A stretch of DNA of 64,000 nt from NCBI GenBank assembly GCA_038227875.1, contig JBBRPR010000011.1:1-64000 (forward strand), written 5' to 3'. Shown one piece after another: positions 37,013-47,500 of the stretch. Every line of letters begins with the position of its first letter. Within the stretch, counting starts at the first letter, position 1. Source of the stretch: Planctomycetota bacterium (GTDB taxonomy: Bacteria; Planctomycetota; SZUA-567; H5-PLA8). The notes beneath the pieces are model-generated. The model searched no databases and had not been told where the DNA came from. It worked only from the letters and a program-made list of their open reading frames with translations. Both the position numbers and the translations under genes were made by a program.

Positions 37013-37762
37013 ATGCCGCTGGTCGCTAAATACGGAATTATATCGGATATTCACGCCAACTACACAGCCATGAAGGTGGCGCTTGATTACCTTCAGATGG
37101 CAGGTGTGGATAAGATCCTCTGCCTCGGCGATCTCGTCGGGTATGGGGCTGAACCGTTTGAATGCATTCAGGCTGTAAAGGACAAACCCAACATCTTCAC
37201 GATCGCCGGCAATCACGACCGCCAGGTGATCGGCGACAAAGACGCCCGCATGCGCAAGACCGCGGCGAAGGTGCTGGAGTGGACCGCCGACAACATCTCC
37301 CCTTCCAATGCCCGGTTCTTGAAGCAGCTCCCGCAGGGCATGACCATCGATGACACGTTCATCATGGTTCACGGCTCGCTGGTTGAGCGCGATGCGTACA
37401 TTCTCAACCCGCAGGAAATCAGCAAGAACCTCACCTGCATGATCAACGACTTTCCGACGATGAAAGTCTGCTTCTTCGGCCATACGCACATTCCGATGCT
37501 GATCAACACCAAGTCCGTCCAGACCGAATTGCGCGAAACGAAAACCTTCCAGCTTGATCCGCGCGACGTCTACCTGATCAACCCCGGAAGTGTCGGCCAG
37601 CCCCGCGACAAATGCCCGCTGGCAAGCTTCGGCATCTTCGACGCCGAAAACTGGCGCATGACCTTCTACCGCAAGCCCTACGATTTCCGCCTCGCGCAGA
37701 AGCTGATCATCGACAACGGCCTGCCGGAGAAATTCGCGCGCCGCCTGGCTGTCGGAGTCTAA
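37013..37762 (+). CDS. Calcineurin-like metallophosphoesterase
   Basis: SDIHAN, GDLVGYG, GNHD, HGS, GHTH, NPGSVGQPRD. Confidence 0.95.
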   Translation: MPLVAKYGIISDIHANYTAMKVALDYLQMAGVDKILCLGDLVGYGAEPFECIQAVKDKPNIFTIAGNHDRQVIGDKDARMRKTAAKVLEWTADNISPSNARFLKQLPQGMTIDDTFIMVHGSLVERDAYILNPQEISKNLTCMINDFPTMKVCFFGHTHIPMLINTKSVQTELRETKTFQLDPRDVYLINPGSVGQPRDKCPLASFGIFDAENWRMTFYRKPYDFRLAQKLIIDNGLPEKFARRLAVGV

Positions 37763-37764
37763 AC

Positions 37765-37931
37765 GGCGGCTCTTGGCTGTCAGCTCTTGGCTCTTGGGAG
37801 TCGCAAGCGGAAGAGTTGTCACACGATTTAATTTATTTCGCAGGAAATGCAGGCCGCGTCCGTTAACTCAATAGATCACACTTCATTTTGAATCGTAACT
37901 TAACCGTCAGGTCCAAGAGCCAAGAGCCGCC
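37765..37931. repeat. Inverted arrays of the GCTCTTG heptamer bracketing an intergenic spacer
   Basis: ggcggctcttggctgtcagctcttggctcttgg (37765-37797) versus tccaagagccaagagccgcc (37912-37931). Confidence 0.65.
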
Positions 37932-37935
37932 TCTC

Positions 37936-38610
37936 ATGTTCACTCTCGACCGCCGCCAATTCCTGCTCGCGCTGCCCAAGCATCTGCTCCTGGCTGCCGC
38001 GTTCGGCGCGGGGGCTGGCGCGCTCATTTTCCTGTTGAAGAACATCGACCTCGACGGCCAGTGGCGCATGGCGCTGCTGCTTCCGATTGGTGCGGTTTAC
38101 GTCAACGCCGTCGTGCTGCCGCTGGCGATTCCCGGGCGGCATTACGGCTTCGCATTCATCTGTTCGATGCTGATGTTCCTGATCCTGATCGCGGGCATGA
38201 TCCTGGCCACGAAGATTCCCCTGCCGCACAGCCAGATCGCCGGCCTTCCGCCCCTCACGAAAGTCAACGCGCTGACTTTCGGCGCCGTGCTGACCGGCGC
38301 GTGCCTGGGGCTGTTCTATGGATTGTTCTCCGACCTGCGCAGCGCGCGCATTTCCGGAGCGATCGTGGGCGCCGCGATGGGCTACACGCTGGGCTTTTTC
38401 AGCGTGGACCTGATCTCACACGACCCAGCCTCCTGGGACACGCTGCTTTACACCGGCCCCGCGAACTTCGCCTGGCAATGCGGCGGAGCGCTGACGCTGC
38501 TACATCTCGCCGGCTGCGTCGGCGCAATGCTCGGCGCGCGCCCCACAGGAACAAAGCCATTGCCTCCAACACGAAAAGCCAACGCCAAGGTTGGTTCGTC
38601 TAAAGCCTGA
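37936..38610 (+). CDS. Hypothetical multi-pass membrane protein
   Basis: About 6 hydrophobic Gly/Ala-rich helices. Confidence 0.75.
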   Translation: MFTLDRRQFLLALPKHLLLAAAFGAGAGALIFLLKNIDLDGQWRMALLLPIGAVYVNAVVLPLAIPGRHYGFAFICSMLMFLILIAGMILATKIPLPHSQIAGLPPLTKVNALTFGAVLTGACLGLFYGLFSDLRSARISGAIVGAAMGYTLGFFSVDLISHDPASWDTLLYTGPANFAWQCGGALTLLHLAGCVGAMLGARPTGTKPLPPTRKANAKVGSSKA

Positions 38611-38650
38611 AATTCCTGCAAGCAGCCGTCTCTTCATCCGTAAACCCAGC

Positions 38651-39130
38651 ATGAGCAACTCGCGTTGGTCTCTGCGCTTGAACGGGAATGCATTAGCAGC
38701 AGTGCTTTTTGCCGTGGCGTCACTATTTCTCATTCAAGTCGATGGAGATGGAATGGGATGCAAAGGATCGTTTTGGATTCCCTGGAGCGGATACCCCCCG
38801 GAGATCATCTTCGCAGTCATTAAGATTTTACTCATGGTCGCGTTTACGATTCCGATTTTTCTAGTCGTTGGTTTCTCTTCTAATCCGTAAAGAAAAAGTC
38901 GTCCCGCGCGATCCAGGTTTCAATTTCATCTCAGCACTGGCCTGGTGGCGATTCTCGCCATCGCCGCGCTATTGAATCCCATCGTCAAGCAATGCCTGTA
39001 TTCAGCGCGAGCTGGAATCGGCACCATCCTACTCTGCGCGGGAGTTGTAGTGCTGATCGTGGATGCGTGGGAGTTCTTGCTTCGGAGCAATCCAACAAAA
39101 CAAAAATCGCGAGTTTCCTCGCGATTTTAG
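38651..39130 (+). pseudogene. Membrane protein gene interrupted by in-frame TAA
   Basis: Two track ORFs share one frame; TAA 38888-38890 is followed by open RKSRPARSRFQFHLSTGLVAIL. Confidence 0.55.
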
Positions 39131-39156
39131 ACTGCTGAATTTTAAGTACGCAGTGA

Positions 39157-40281
39157 TCAGTCCAGCCAATCCCGTTCCTTCAGCTTCCGCGGCAGATAGT
39201 CCGTCGTCAGAAACCGGAAATCCTTGTTCGCCAGCGAATCCAATTCATACTTCAATCCGCTCTTGATCATGTACGTGATTTCCTGCTGCCATTCCTTCTT
39301 CTGAAACCACGGGTACGCCATGATTTCCTTGGCGCGGGCCACGTCCTTGTCATTCAACTTGATACCGACGTTGCGCGGCAAGCCGTAGCTGTCCGGGTCT
39401 CGGCTCGACAGCCCGACGAATTTGCAGTCCGGAATCGCCATACGCTGGCTTTCAAACGCCAGATTGATCGAGCCCTGCTTAACCACCGAGTAAATGTAGT
39501 ATCCCCACGGGTCGTTATCGACGAGCACCAGTACAGGAAGGCTCCATTCGTCGTGAAGCCGGCGCGCTAAACGGCGCACGCCGCGCGGCGGCTGACCGTT
39601 TCCGGTGAGCAGGACGCAATTGTGCTTCTTCCAGAATTTATCTTCCGACAACCGGTTAAACTGCGTGCCTTTTTCGATGAGGAGCACAAAGTCCGCATCG
39701 CACTTTTTAATGTCGAGTTCGCCGGGTTCCACAATCGAGGGAACGGTCTTTCCAGCCTTGCCTTGTCGCGTGCAATCAATGGTGTCGCCGCCTTCAACGA
39801 TCGTGATTGGACCCACAATCGATCCGGCTTCGGCAGCGCGAACATGCAACTCTTCACGCAACAACGCCAGTGACACTTCCAGATCTTCGATGCACGGATC
39901 GGATTCATTCTGATCGTCGAATGTGTTTTCGCTCGTGCCCTTGATCGTGTGTTTCGTGCGGTAGTAAATTTCGCGGAGGCTGGTTGAGAGATTTTCCTGG
40001 CGCTGCAATTCCATCAATGCGTCGGCCACCACAACCGTCTGCATGAACTTCTTGGCCATGCTCAGATTAAAAAACTGGCGCTCAGTCTTCGACTTACCCA
40101 TTTCAATGATGCGGCTCTTCTTATTGAATTCGACGTTGGACAGCGAGCGCACAGGGATGTCGAATTTCGGATCGTCGCCGGCCTTGGCGGCTGCGATGAC
40201 CGTGTCTGCCAGAGTTTCCAACAGTCCCGCTACTTCCTTGCTGCCCCGGCGTTTGACCGCAGATGCTTTCTTCGCAACCAT
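39157..40281 (-). CDS. top6A: DNA topoisomerase VI subunit A
   Basis: SLREIYY (catalytic Tyr), FDDQNESD..IEDLE, TOPRIM IEK and DNDPWG. Confidence 0.95.
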   Translation of the reverse strand: MVAKKASAVKRRGSKEVAGLLETLADTVIAAAKAGDDPKFDIPVRSLSNVEFNKKSRIIEMGKSKTERQFFNLSMAKKFMQTVVVADALMELQRQENLSTSLREIYYRTKHTIKGTSENTFDDQNESDPCIEDLEVSLALLREELHVRAAEAGSIVGPITIVEGGDTIDCTRQGKAGKTVPSIVEPGELDIKKCDADFVLLIEKGTQFNRLSEDKFWKKHNCVLLTGNGQPPRGVRRLARRLHDEWSLPVLVLVDNDPWGYYIYSVVKQGSINLAFESQRMAIPDCKFVGLSSRDPDSYGLPRNVGIKLNDKDVARAKEIMAYPWFQKKEWQQEITYMIKSGLKYELDSLANKDFRFLTTDYLPRKLKERDWLD

Positions 40282-40334
40282 GTTTCAAATCTCCGTTCCG
40301 AACTCAGATGAAGCCGCCAAAATTGCGCTCAAAT

Positions 40335-42587
40335 CTACCTCTTCTTTTTCGACGGCTTCTCCGCGTCATCGCCGAACAGTCCCGGCTCATCGTTCTTCTT
40401 CGACTTTCCGCTCGACCTCTTCTGCGCTTTCTTTCCAATCTGCCTTTCGCCGACTTTACCGACCTTCGGCGTCTTCTCGGTTGCTCCGGCGATCAATTCC
40501 GGCGTCTCCACCGGGGCTGTTGGCTGAGCCAGCGCCAGTCCAGCGGCTTGCGCGGCGAGCGCTGAAACATTGCCCTGAATGCCATCGGCAGTGCGGATCA
40601 CCACGTCGGCCAGTTCGTCTTCCTCTTTGTCCTTGTTCTTATTCAGCAGACGATTGACCTCTTCGCCACCGGTGATTTCTTCGGCGATCTTCTGCAACTG
40701 TTTCTTGAGTTTGTCTGCATCCAGCTTGCCGCCCTTGATGCGCTTGCACGATTCGGCGACTTCCTCAATGTAACGCTGAAACGTATTGCGCCGATCGAAC
40801 TCATTCTTCGCCTGCTGCCGCTTGCGGATCCAGATGCCGAGCTTGCGGCCGCATTCCTGCAGCGCGCGCTTGATCTCGTCCATGATCTCGTCGTACTCGG
40901 CAATCGCTTCTTTGGCCTGATTGGTAAACGGCACCCACACCGAAGCCATATGCACGAAAATCGTCATCGGGCCCTGCGGCGGAGCACCGCGGCTCTGCGA
41001 CACGCCGTAATTTTTCCACGCGGTCTTCAGCACGCCTTTAAACGCCGCGCATGCCGTCGCCTGGTACTGCAGCGGAACGCGATTGGCGTAGCGAATGACT
41101 TCGGCGAGCTGTACGTCTTCGTCATCCTCCTCGCCTTCTGCTTTGGCTTCGATAATCCCCGCCTCGGCTTTCGCGATTTCCTCGGCCGCGATCTCCGCGG
41201 GATCCTTCGCCGACGCACCGTCGCCCTTACCGTACGCAATGCCGGCTTCGATCACGAACGGATTACCGCGATACACCTTGGGCGGCCGCGTTACGGCACA
41301 GTAGAAATCAGCCTTGATCGTTTTCAGCAAGCCAGCCTTGATCGCATCGACGCCAATCGGTGAAATACAATCCGTCGGCGGAGCCATCAGCTTCGCGCCC
41401 TGCAGTGCCTTGAACAACCGTTCGGCATCCTGCCCCACCACATCGCGGAGACGGCCGCGAGGCGAGAGCTTCGCTTCCTTGCACATCTCTTCGGCGTTCT
41501 TCGTGGAGACGCGGCAGAAATCCGTCGCCAGAAATCCGCTCAGCCAATGGCTGCTGGTGTCCTGGAGCATCTTCAGCAGCATGCCCAGCTCAATACCATG
41601 CGGATGCGGTTTGATCTCGCGCGGCTGCTGCGGCAGCACGTCCACGCCGCGCGGGAACTCCCGCTTCTCTTCATCTGGCGAGACGTACGTGAACTTCGCG
41701 TGCGGATTGGCGACGCTTGTCAGTTCGAGGTATTCGTCAACCGACTGCTTCCCCTTGCGGTATTCGCCGACCAGTTCAATCGAAACCGCAGTGCCATGCT
41801 CGCGATCCCACTCGATCTGCTTCGTTTCGTGCTCGACCGGCTCGTTCTTCTTCGTGTCGATGCTGACGTCGATGCAGTGCGCCTTGGATTCGCCCGTAAT
41901 TTTCGTGATGACCTGCGTCGGCTTGCCGGTCGTCAACTGGCCGTACATGCCGGCGGCGGAGATGCCGATGCCCTGCTGCCCGCGGCTCATGCGGAGGCGA
42001 TGAAATTTCGAACCGTAGAGCAACTTGGCGAAGACCTTGCCGATGTTTTTCTTGACGATGCCCGGGCCGTTGTCGTCGATGCTGACGATAAAGCGTTCGG
42101 CCTGAGCAGGCGAAGCCGGCCAGGTGCCGTCGCCGTTCTTTGCGACTTTGATTTTGACGGTGATGTCCGGAAGGATGCCCGCTTCTTCGCACGCATCGAG
42201 ACTGTTGTCGACGGCTTCTTTGACGGTCGTCAACAGCGCTTTGCGCTTGTTGTCGAAACCGAGCATGTGGCGATTTTTCTGAAAGAACTCCGCGACCGAA
42301 ATGTCGCGCTGGCGGGAACTCATCTCCTGAGCAGTCGCACCTTTGAAGGCCGGCTTGGCGCGCGGAGCAGCTTCCGGCGCGGCGGCCTTGGGCTCGTCCT
42401 TGCCATTTCCGGCGCCGGCTGATGTGGCGGGGATGGCGGATTTGGCGCGATCGAGCGCAGCGTTTTTAGGCTTCTCCGGCATGGCCGATTTTACTCCCGT
42501 TGTCTTCTCGTTGGAACCCGTGTCACCCGTGGACGCGCTTCCTGCCTGGCCTTGAATATCCATGACCGGCGGCTCGTGATCTGCCAC
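40335..42587 (-). CDS. top6B: DNA topoisomerase VI subunit B
   Basis: ISVAEFF, EAVDNSLDA, DDNGPG, SRGQQGIGIS, NPHA, RYANRVPL. Confidence 0.96.
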   Translation of the reverse strand: MADHEPPVMDIQGQAGSASTGDTGSNEKTTGVKSAMPEKPKNAALDRAKSAIPATSAGAGNGKDEPKAAAPEAAPRAKPAFKGATAQEMSSRQRDISVAEFFQKNRHMLGFDNKRKALLTTVKEAVDNSLDACEEAGILPDITVKIKVAKNGDGTWPASPAQAERFIVSIDDNGPGIVKKNIGKVFAKLLYGSKFHRLRMSRGQQGIGISAAGMYGQLTTGKPTQVITKITGESKAHCIDVSIDTKKNEPVEHETKQIEWDREHGTAVSIELVGEYRKGKQSVDEYLELTSVANPHAKFTYVSPDEEKREFPRGVDVLPQQPREIKPHPHGIELGMLLKMLQDTSSHWLSGFLATDFCRVSTKNAEEMCKEAKLSPRGRLRDVVGQDAERLFKALQGAKLMAPPTDCISPIGVDAIKAGLLKTIKADFYCAVTRPPKVYRGNPFVIEAGIAYGKGDGASAKDPAEIAAEEIAKAEAGIIEAKAEGEEDDEDVQLAEVIRYANRVPLQYQATACAAFKGVLKTAWKNYGVSQSRGAPPQGPMTIFVHMASVWVPFTNQAKEAIAEYDEIMDEIKRALQECGRKLGIWIRKRQQAKNEFDRRNTFQRYIEEVAESCKRIKGGKLDADKLKKQLQKIAEEITGGEEVNRLLNKNKDKEEDELADVVIRTADGIQGNVSALAAQAAGLALAQPTAPVETPELIAGATEKTPKVGKVGERQIGKKAQKRSSGKSKKNDEPGLFGDDAEKPSKKKR

Positions 42588-42792
42588 GATCGACCTCCTC
42601 CCCTTATAGGGCTGCTCTTTGGCGGCCCTACCGTATCGGCAAAAAGCAGTACACGGTTCACTGCTTTTCGCTATGACTACGACTGGGAACAGCCCCTGGA
42701 AAGTCGTTCGGCCAAGGCCGTTAAACGCTCTAACAGCAGGGCGTTCAACAACACTCTGGACACGTGGACCTATTCAGCGGGCTGCTAGTCCG

Positions 42793-42821
42793 ATAATATA
42801 GGAAAAGCTTAGGGTATGCAA
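42793..42821 (-). promoter_or_regulatory. Putative sigma70 promoter for top6BA
   Basis: TTGCAT-17 bp-TATTAT on minus strand. Confidence 0.5.
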
Positions 42822-42917
42822 CCTCTGAGAAACCGGACCTCATTCTTTGCCCACTTTGTTTTAAATACTTCCCTATTGTAAAGCGTCAGGTCTAGGAGTA
42901 GAAATTAGGGTCTGCGC

Positions 42918-44423
42918 ATGTTGGGTGCGCGCGTCAGAAGGGCGCTTATGCCGACGATCCATTCCAAATCGGACCCGTCCAGTGGTTCAGGAATATTCGT
43001 CAAATACCCTAAAATCGGTGGTTTCACGATCACCGATCACCTCCACGAAGGCTCCCACAGTTCCATCTACAAAGCCCGTCAGGATCGTCTCGGCCGCGTT
43101 CTTGCGCTGAAGCTGGTGCCAGAATGGCCGCCGCCGACCGACGTCGCGTTGGAACGCTTCAACCGCGCTGCCTACGTTTGCGCGCACACGCCCCACCCTG
43201 GCCTCGCCACGCTGTTTGATGTCGGCACGCGCGATGGCTTCTACTTCGCCACCTACACGTATTTGGAAGGCCAGACGCTGCAGCGCCATCTCGGCATGGT
43301 CAATCAGGTAGATGAAGCCTTCGCCACGCATGTCGGTCTGCTGGTCTCAAAAACGCTCGCGGCATTGCATGGCAACAACATCTGTCACCGCAATGTGAAG
43401 CCGAAAAATCTGTTCCTCGAAACCAACGGCAATGTCCGCATGATCGGACTGGGCCTGGCGAGTTGCAAAACGGCGTTCTTCTCGCCACACCTCGACACGC
43501 ACGCCATCGGCACGCCGCATTTTATGGCGCCGGAAATGATCAAGGGTTCGTGCGCCGATCCCCGTTCGGATCTCTATTCGCTGGGCGTGACGTTGTACGT
43601 GATGGTCGCCGGACGCCCGCCGTACGACCGTGGTATTCCTGCGGTGGTGATGTCGCGCCATCTGACCGACACGCCCGCGTCGCTCAAAGAGATTCGCCCA
43701 GACCTCTCCTCAAAGTTCGTGAACCTGGTCGAAGCGTTGATGGTGAAGGATCCGGCCAAGCGTGTCGCATCGGCAGCCGAAGCCGCGAGCATGTTCGAAG
43801 CGCTCAACAAAAAGAACAGCAGCTTCTGGCGCGTGGCTCCTTTGCTGGCTCAGAAGCCCGCCGCGCCCGCACCGCAACTTCCGATTGCGCCGGCACCAGC
43901 GCCTGTCGTCGCAGCTGCGGTTCAAGGTGCAGTCGCCAGTCCCGCTGCTCCTGCGCCCGTGCTGCCTGTCGAAACGAATCCCACTCCCAAGCCAAGTGCC
44001 AGAAGCATGCATCCGCTCGTGGTGGCCGGAGCTGCTGCGACCTCAGCGGTCCTGCTGGTACTGGGCGTGATGTATGCGGCCACGTGTTACTACGGCAAGG
44101 CGCCACCGTCGCTCCATCCAACCGCCGCGCCTGAAAAGCCGCAGCCGCCTGAAGCACCGGCATGGCAAGTCGCTCCGCCCGCGCATCCTGCTACCGCGGA
44201 TTTGACGTCTGATGCAGATCTCAAGAAATTGCTCGACCAGTCCAACACGTTCGAAGAAAATCCAGCAACCGGCTGCAAAGCCTGGTGCGAATTCCTGATT
44301 AATCATCCGACGGTGTCGCAATCCACGCGCGAAGTCGCCGAACAGCGTCTCCAACTTTACCAGACACTGAAGGCCCGCAACGCGATCGACGTCCATCCCC
44401 GCCAGGCCGAACCTGAGTTCTAA
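42918..44423 (+). CDS. Hanks-type Ser/Thr kinase-like membrane protein, probable pseudokinase
   Basis: LALK, HRNVKPKN, IGLGLA, GTPHFMAPE, SDLYSLG; Pro/Ala linker; TM. Confidence 0.9.
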   Translation: MLGARVRRALMPTIHSKSDPSSGSGIFVKYPKIGGFTITDHLHEGSHSSIYKARQDRLGRVLALKLVPEWPPPTDVALERFNRAAYVCAHTPHPGLATLFDVGTRDGFYFATYTYLEGQTLQRHLGMVNQVDEAFATHVGLLVSKTLAALHGNNICHRNVKPKNLFLETNGNVRMIGLGLASCKTAFFSPHLDTHAIGTPHFMAPEMIKGSCADPRSDLYSLGVTLYVMVAGRPPYDRGIPAVVMSRHLTDTPASLKEIRPDLSSKFVNLVEALMVKDPAKRVASAAEAASMFEALNKKNSSFWRVAPLLAQKPAAPAPQLPIAPAPAPVVAAAVQGAVASPAAPAPVLPVETNPTPKPSARSMHPLVVAGAAATSAVLLVLGVMYAATCYYGKAPPSLHPTAAPEKPQPPEAPAWQVAPPAHPATADLTSDADLKKLLDQSNTFEENPATGCKAWCEFLINHPTVSQSTREVAEQRLQLYQTLKARNAIDVHPRQAEPEF

Positions 44424-44589
44424 TCTCTGCCGGTGTTTAACGTTCAAGATCTCGCAAGTAGCCGCGCAAAGCGCTCTCGTCATCCCAATTAAGTTTTCAA
44501 ACAAAGTCTGGCAGTCGCATTTCGCACACGTATAATTCCCGCACGTTTCATCAAAACAGGTCGTACATCCCATAGCTGAGCTCGCATCC

Positions 44590-47500
44590 GTGCGCGTTTC
44601 ATCCCGAATCTCATCTGGAAATCCTTGCCAGCGCTGGTTGGCGCTGATCGCGCTTTTAATGCTCATTCCCAATCTCCACGCAGCAACGATCACGTGGACC
44701 GGCGGTGGGGACAATTTGTTTTCAAACCCCAGCAATTGGTCGCCGGTTGGCGCGCCTGGAACCAATTCGGATGTGGTCATCGATTCTACTGGCGTCGCCA
44801 TTGTCTGGGACACGTCAGCCGTATCTACAGTGCGTTCAATTCGCCTCGATCGTCCGTTCACCGGCACTGTTACGCTCGCTCAATCCATAACTTCCAACTT
44901 CATTACACTGAATGCCGGCACATTGATAACGGCAAAGGATTCTCCAACTACTCTGATCAGTGGAGTCGATCTGAACATCGGAGCCACAGGATCATTATTG
45001 GTCCGACGCTCGTCGCTCTCCGGCAATGGCGCGGGCCAAACAATTTCTGTCGGCCATGATCTGACGGTCGCCCCCGGAGGAAAAATCATTTCCGACGGCC
45101 AGGGCTTTCCCACCGGCATGGGACCCGGAGCCGGAACGACGCAAACGAACGATGGATCCGGCGGTGGCCACGGCGGAACTGGCGCCGACAGCAGCGTCGC
45201 TCGTGGCGGAACGAGCAACGGCTCCGCGACGAATCCCGTTTCTCTGGGCAGCGGCGGCGGAGCAGGCGCGCCTGGCGGCACGAGCGGCCTGGGCGTGGGC
45301 GGCGGTGCAATGCATATCATGGTGCTCGGAAATGCACTGATCGACGGCACGCTTTCGGCGAACGGTTCCAACAGTGGCGCAGGCGATCTGGGCGGAGGCG
45401 GATCCGGCGGCAGCATCTGGCTGGAAGTTAATAGCGCGTTCTCGGGATCGGGGCTGATCTCCGCCAATGGCGGCAATGCCGATGGCGCAACCAACGGCGG
45501 CGGTGGCGGCGGACGCATTGCCATCACGTGGGGTTCCTCGACATTTGGCGGAACGGTCAGTGCCGCTCCGGGAACCGGCGCCGGCGGCCTAAGCGCCATG
45601 CCCGGCACCTACACCTTTCCGGACGGCCACGACCTCAGCGTGAAAGGTTCGTTCGCGCTGTTGCCTGGAACATACGCGATTCCGAATCTCTCGATCTCCA
45701 ACAACGCGACGCTGCTGCTGCAAGGCGATGCGACGGCGCTGCCGAATGGTTCCGGCGTCACGATTAATGCCACGAACATTTCGATCGCAGCCGGATCTAA
45801 ACTGAGCGCCAGCGGTCAGGGCTTTCCGACGAACTCCGGACCGGGCGCGGGCGACAATCAGGCCTGCGACGGATCCGGCGGCGGCCATGGCGGCACAGGC
45901 GCCGACACAACTCTGAAATCCGGTGGAATCGCGTACGGCTCCGTCACGTCCCCCACGGCGCTGGGCAGCGGCGGCGGCGCAGGGTGCGCGGGCGGGACGA
46001 ATGGTACGGGCTTCGGCGGCGGAGCGATCACGCTGAACGCCTCAACCATCTCAAACAACGGTGCGATTACTGCCAACGGGATATCGGCCGTCGCCAACAC
46101 ACACGGCGGCGGTGGTTCCGGCGGGAGCATCTTGCTCGTCGCCAATACGATTTCTGGCTCAGGGCAAATCCACGCCGACGGTGGAAACGGCGACGGCAGC
46201 ACCAACGGCGGCGGCGCCGGTGGTCGCATCGCGATTCGTCCGATCTCCCCCGCCCTTTTTGCGTATACATTTTCAGGGCCGCTCACCGCCAGCGCAGGTA
46301 CGGGCGGAAGCACCGCAGCAACGGTCGGCTCGATCTACATTCCGCCTCAAATTTCCAGCGCCGCGGATCAGGTATTTCCCGGCAACGGTCCCAGCACCGC
46401 GATGCAAGCGATCACCATCACCAATCGCCCGTACGTCAATGCCGCGATCACGGCGGCCAACGGTCTCCGCATCAAAATTCCCAGCACGTTCAACATGATT
46501 TGGAATCCGGCCTTCGCCACCGCGACACTCACCGGTCCGCAGGCCGCCAAAGTGTCGGCAGCGGCTTCGTATCCGACCACTTCGATCCTCTCATTAACGG
46601 TCCTCTCCGATTTCGGCAGCGGTGAATCGTTTTCCGTTTCTGGTTTGTCGTTCATGAATTTCCTCCCTGGCAGTATGCCCAACCCCGACGCGCTGCAGCT
46701 TGAAATCCTCAACGACGGCGCCACACAAGCGATCGATGCACACACGATTCGCATTCAGGAAGTCACCGCATTCAACGACGGCCTCTACACGCTGACCACT
46801 GGAAGCATGCTGAATGTCGCCGCGCCTGGCGTGCTCACCAACGACACCGAGATCTCCAATCACGCGCTGACCGCGCACAGCGCCACCTTGCCGGCGCATG
46901 GAACACTGACGTTCAACGCCGACGGCTCTTTCGCATACACTCCGGCCGCGAACTACATCGGTCCAGATTCGTTCACCTACGTTGCCAACAACGGCACCAC
47001 CGACTCGCTGCCGGCGACCGTTTCCCTTTCCGTCACCAAGACCGTGCTGACCGTAACGGCCACCGACGCAAGCAAAACCTACGGCGCGCCGCTACCGATC
47101 TTCGCCGCCACGTTCAGTGGATTCGTGAATGGCGACACGGCATCCGTAATTTCCGGCGCACCCGGATTTTCAACACCGGCGATGTCTGCCAGTGCCGCTG
47201 GCACCTACTCCATCCTGCCTTCTTTGGGAACGCTGAACGCCGCCAGTTACTCCTTCGCTTTTGCCCCGGGCACTTTGACGATCAACAAGGCCGTGCTTAC
47301 CGTCTCGGCCACCGGCACGGTCAAGCCGTTCGGGGCATCGATTCCAACGCTGCCGTACACGCTCAGTGGATTTCTGAATGGCGATTCAGCGGGAGTCGTC
47401 AGCGGCGCCGCTTCTTTGAGCACCTCCGCGACCGCGTCGAGTCTCGAAGGAACTTATCCGATCACCGTTACCGCTGGCACTCTTTCGGCGGCGAACTACA

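Noticed and set aside
45060..46330. DNA repeats as a non-coding array
   Set aside because: They are in-frame Gly-rich protein repeats with synonymous divergence
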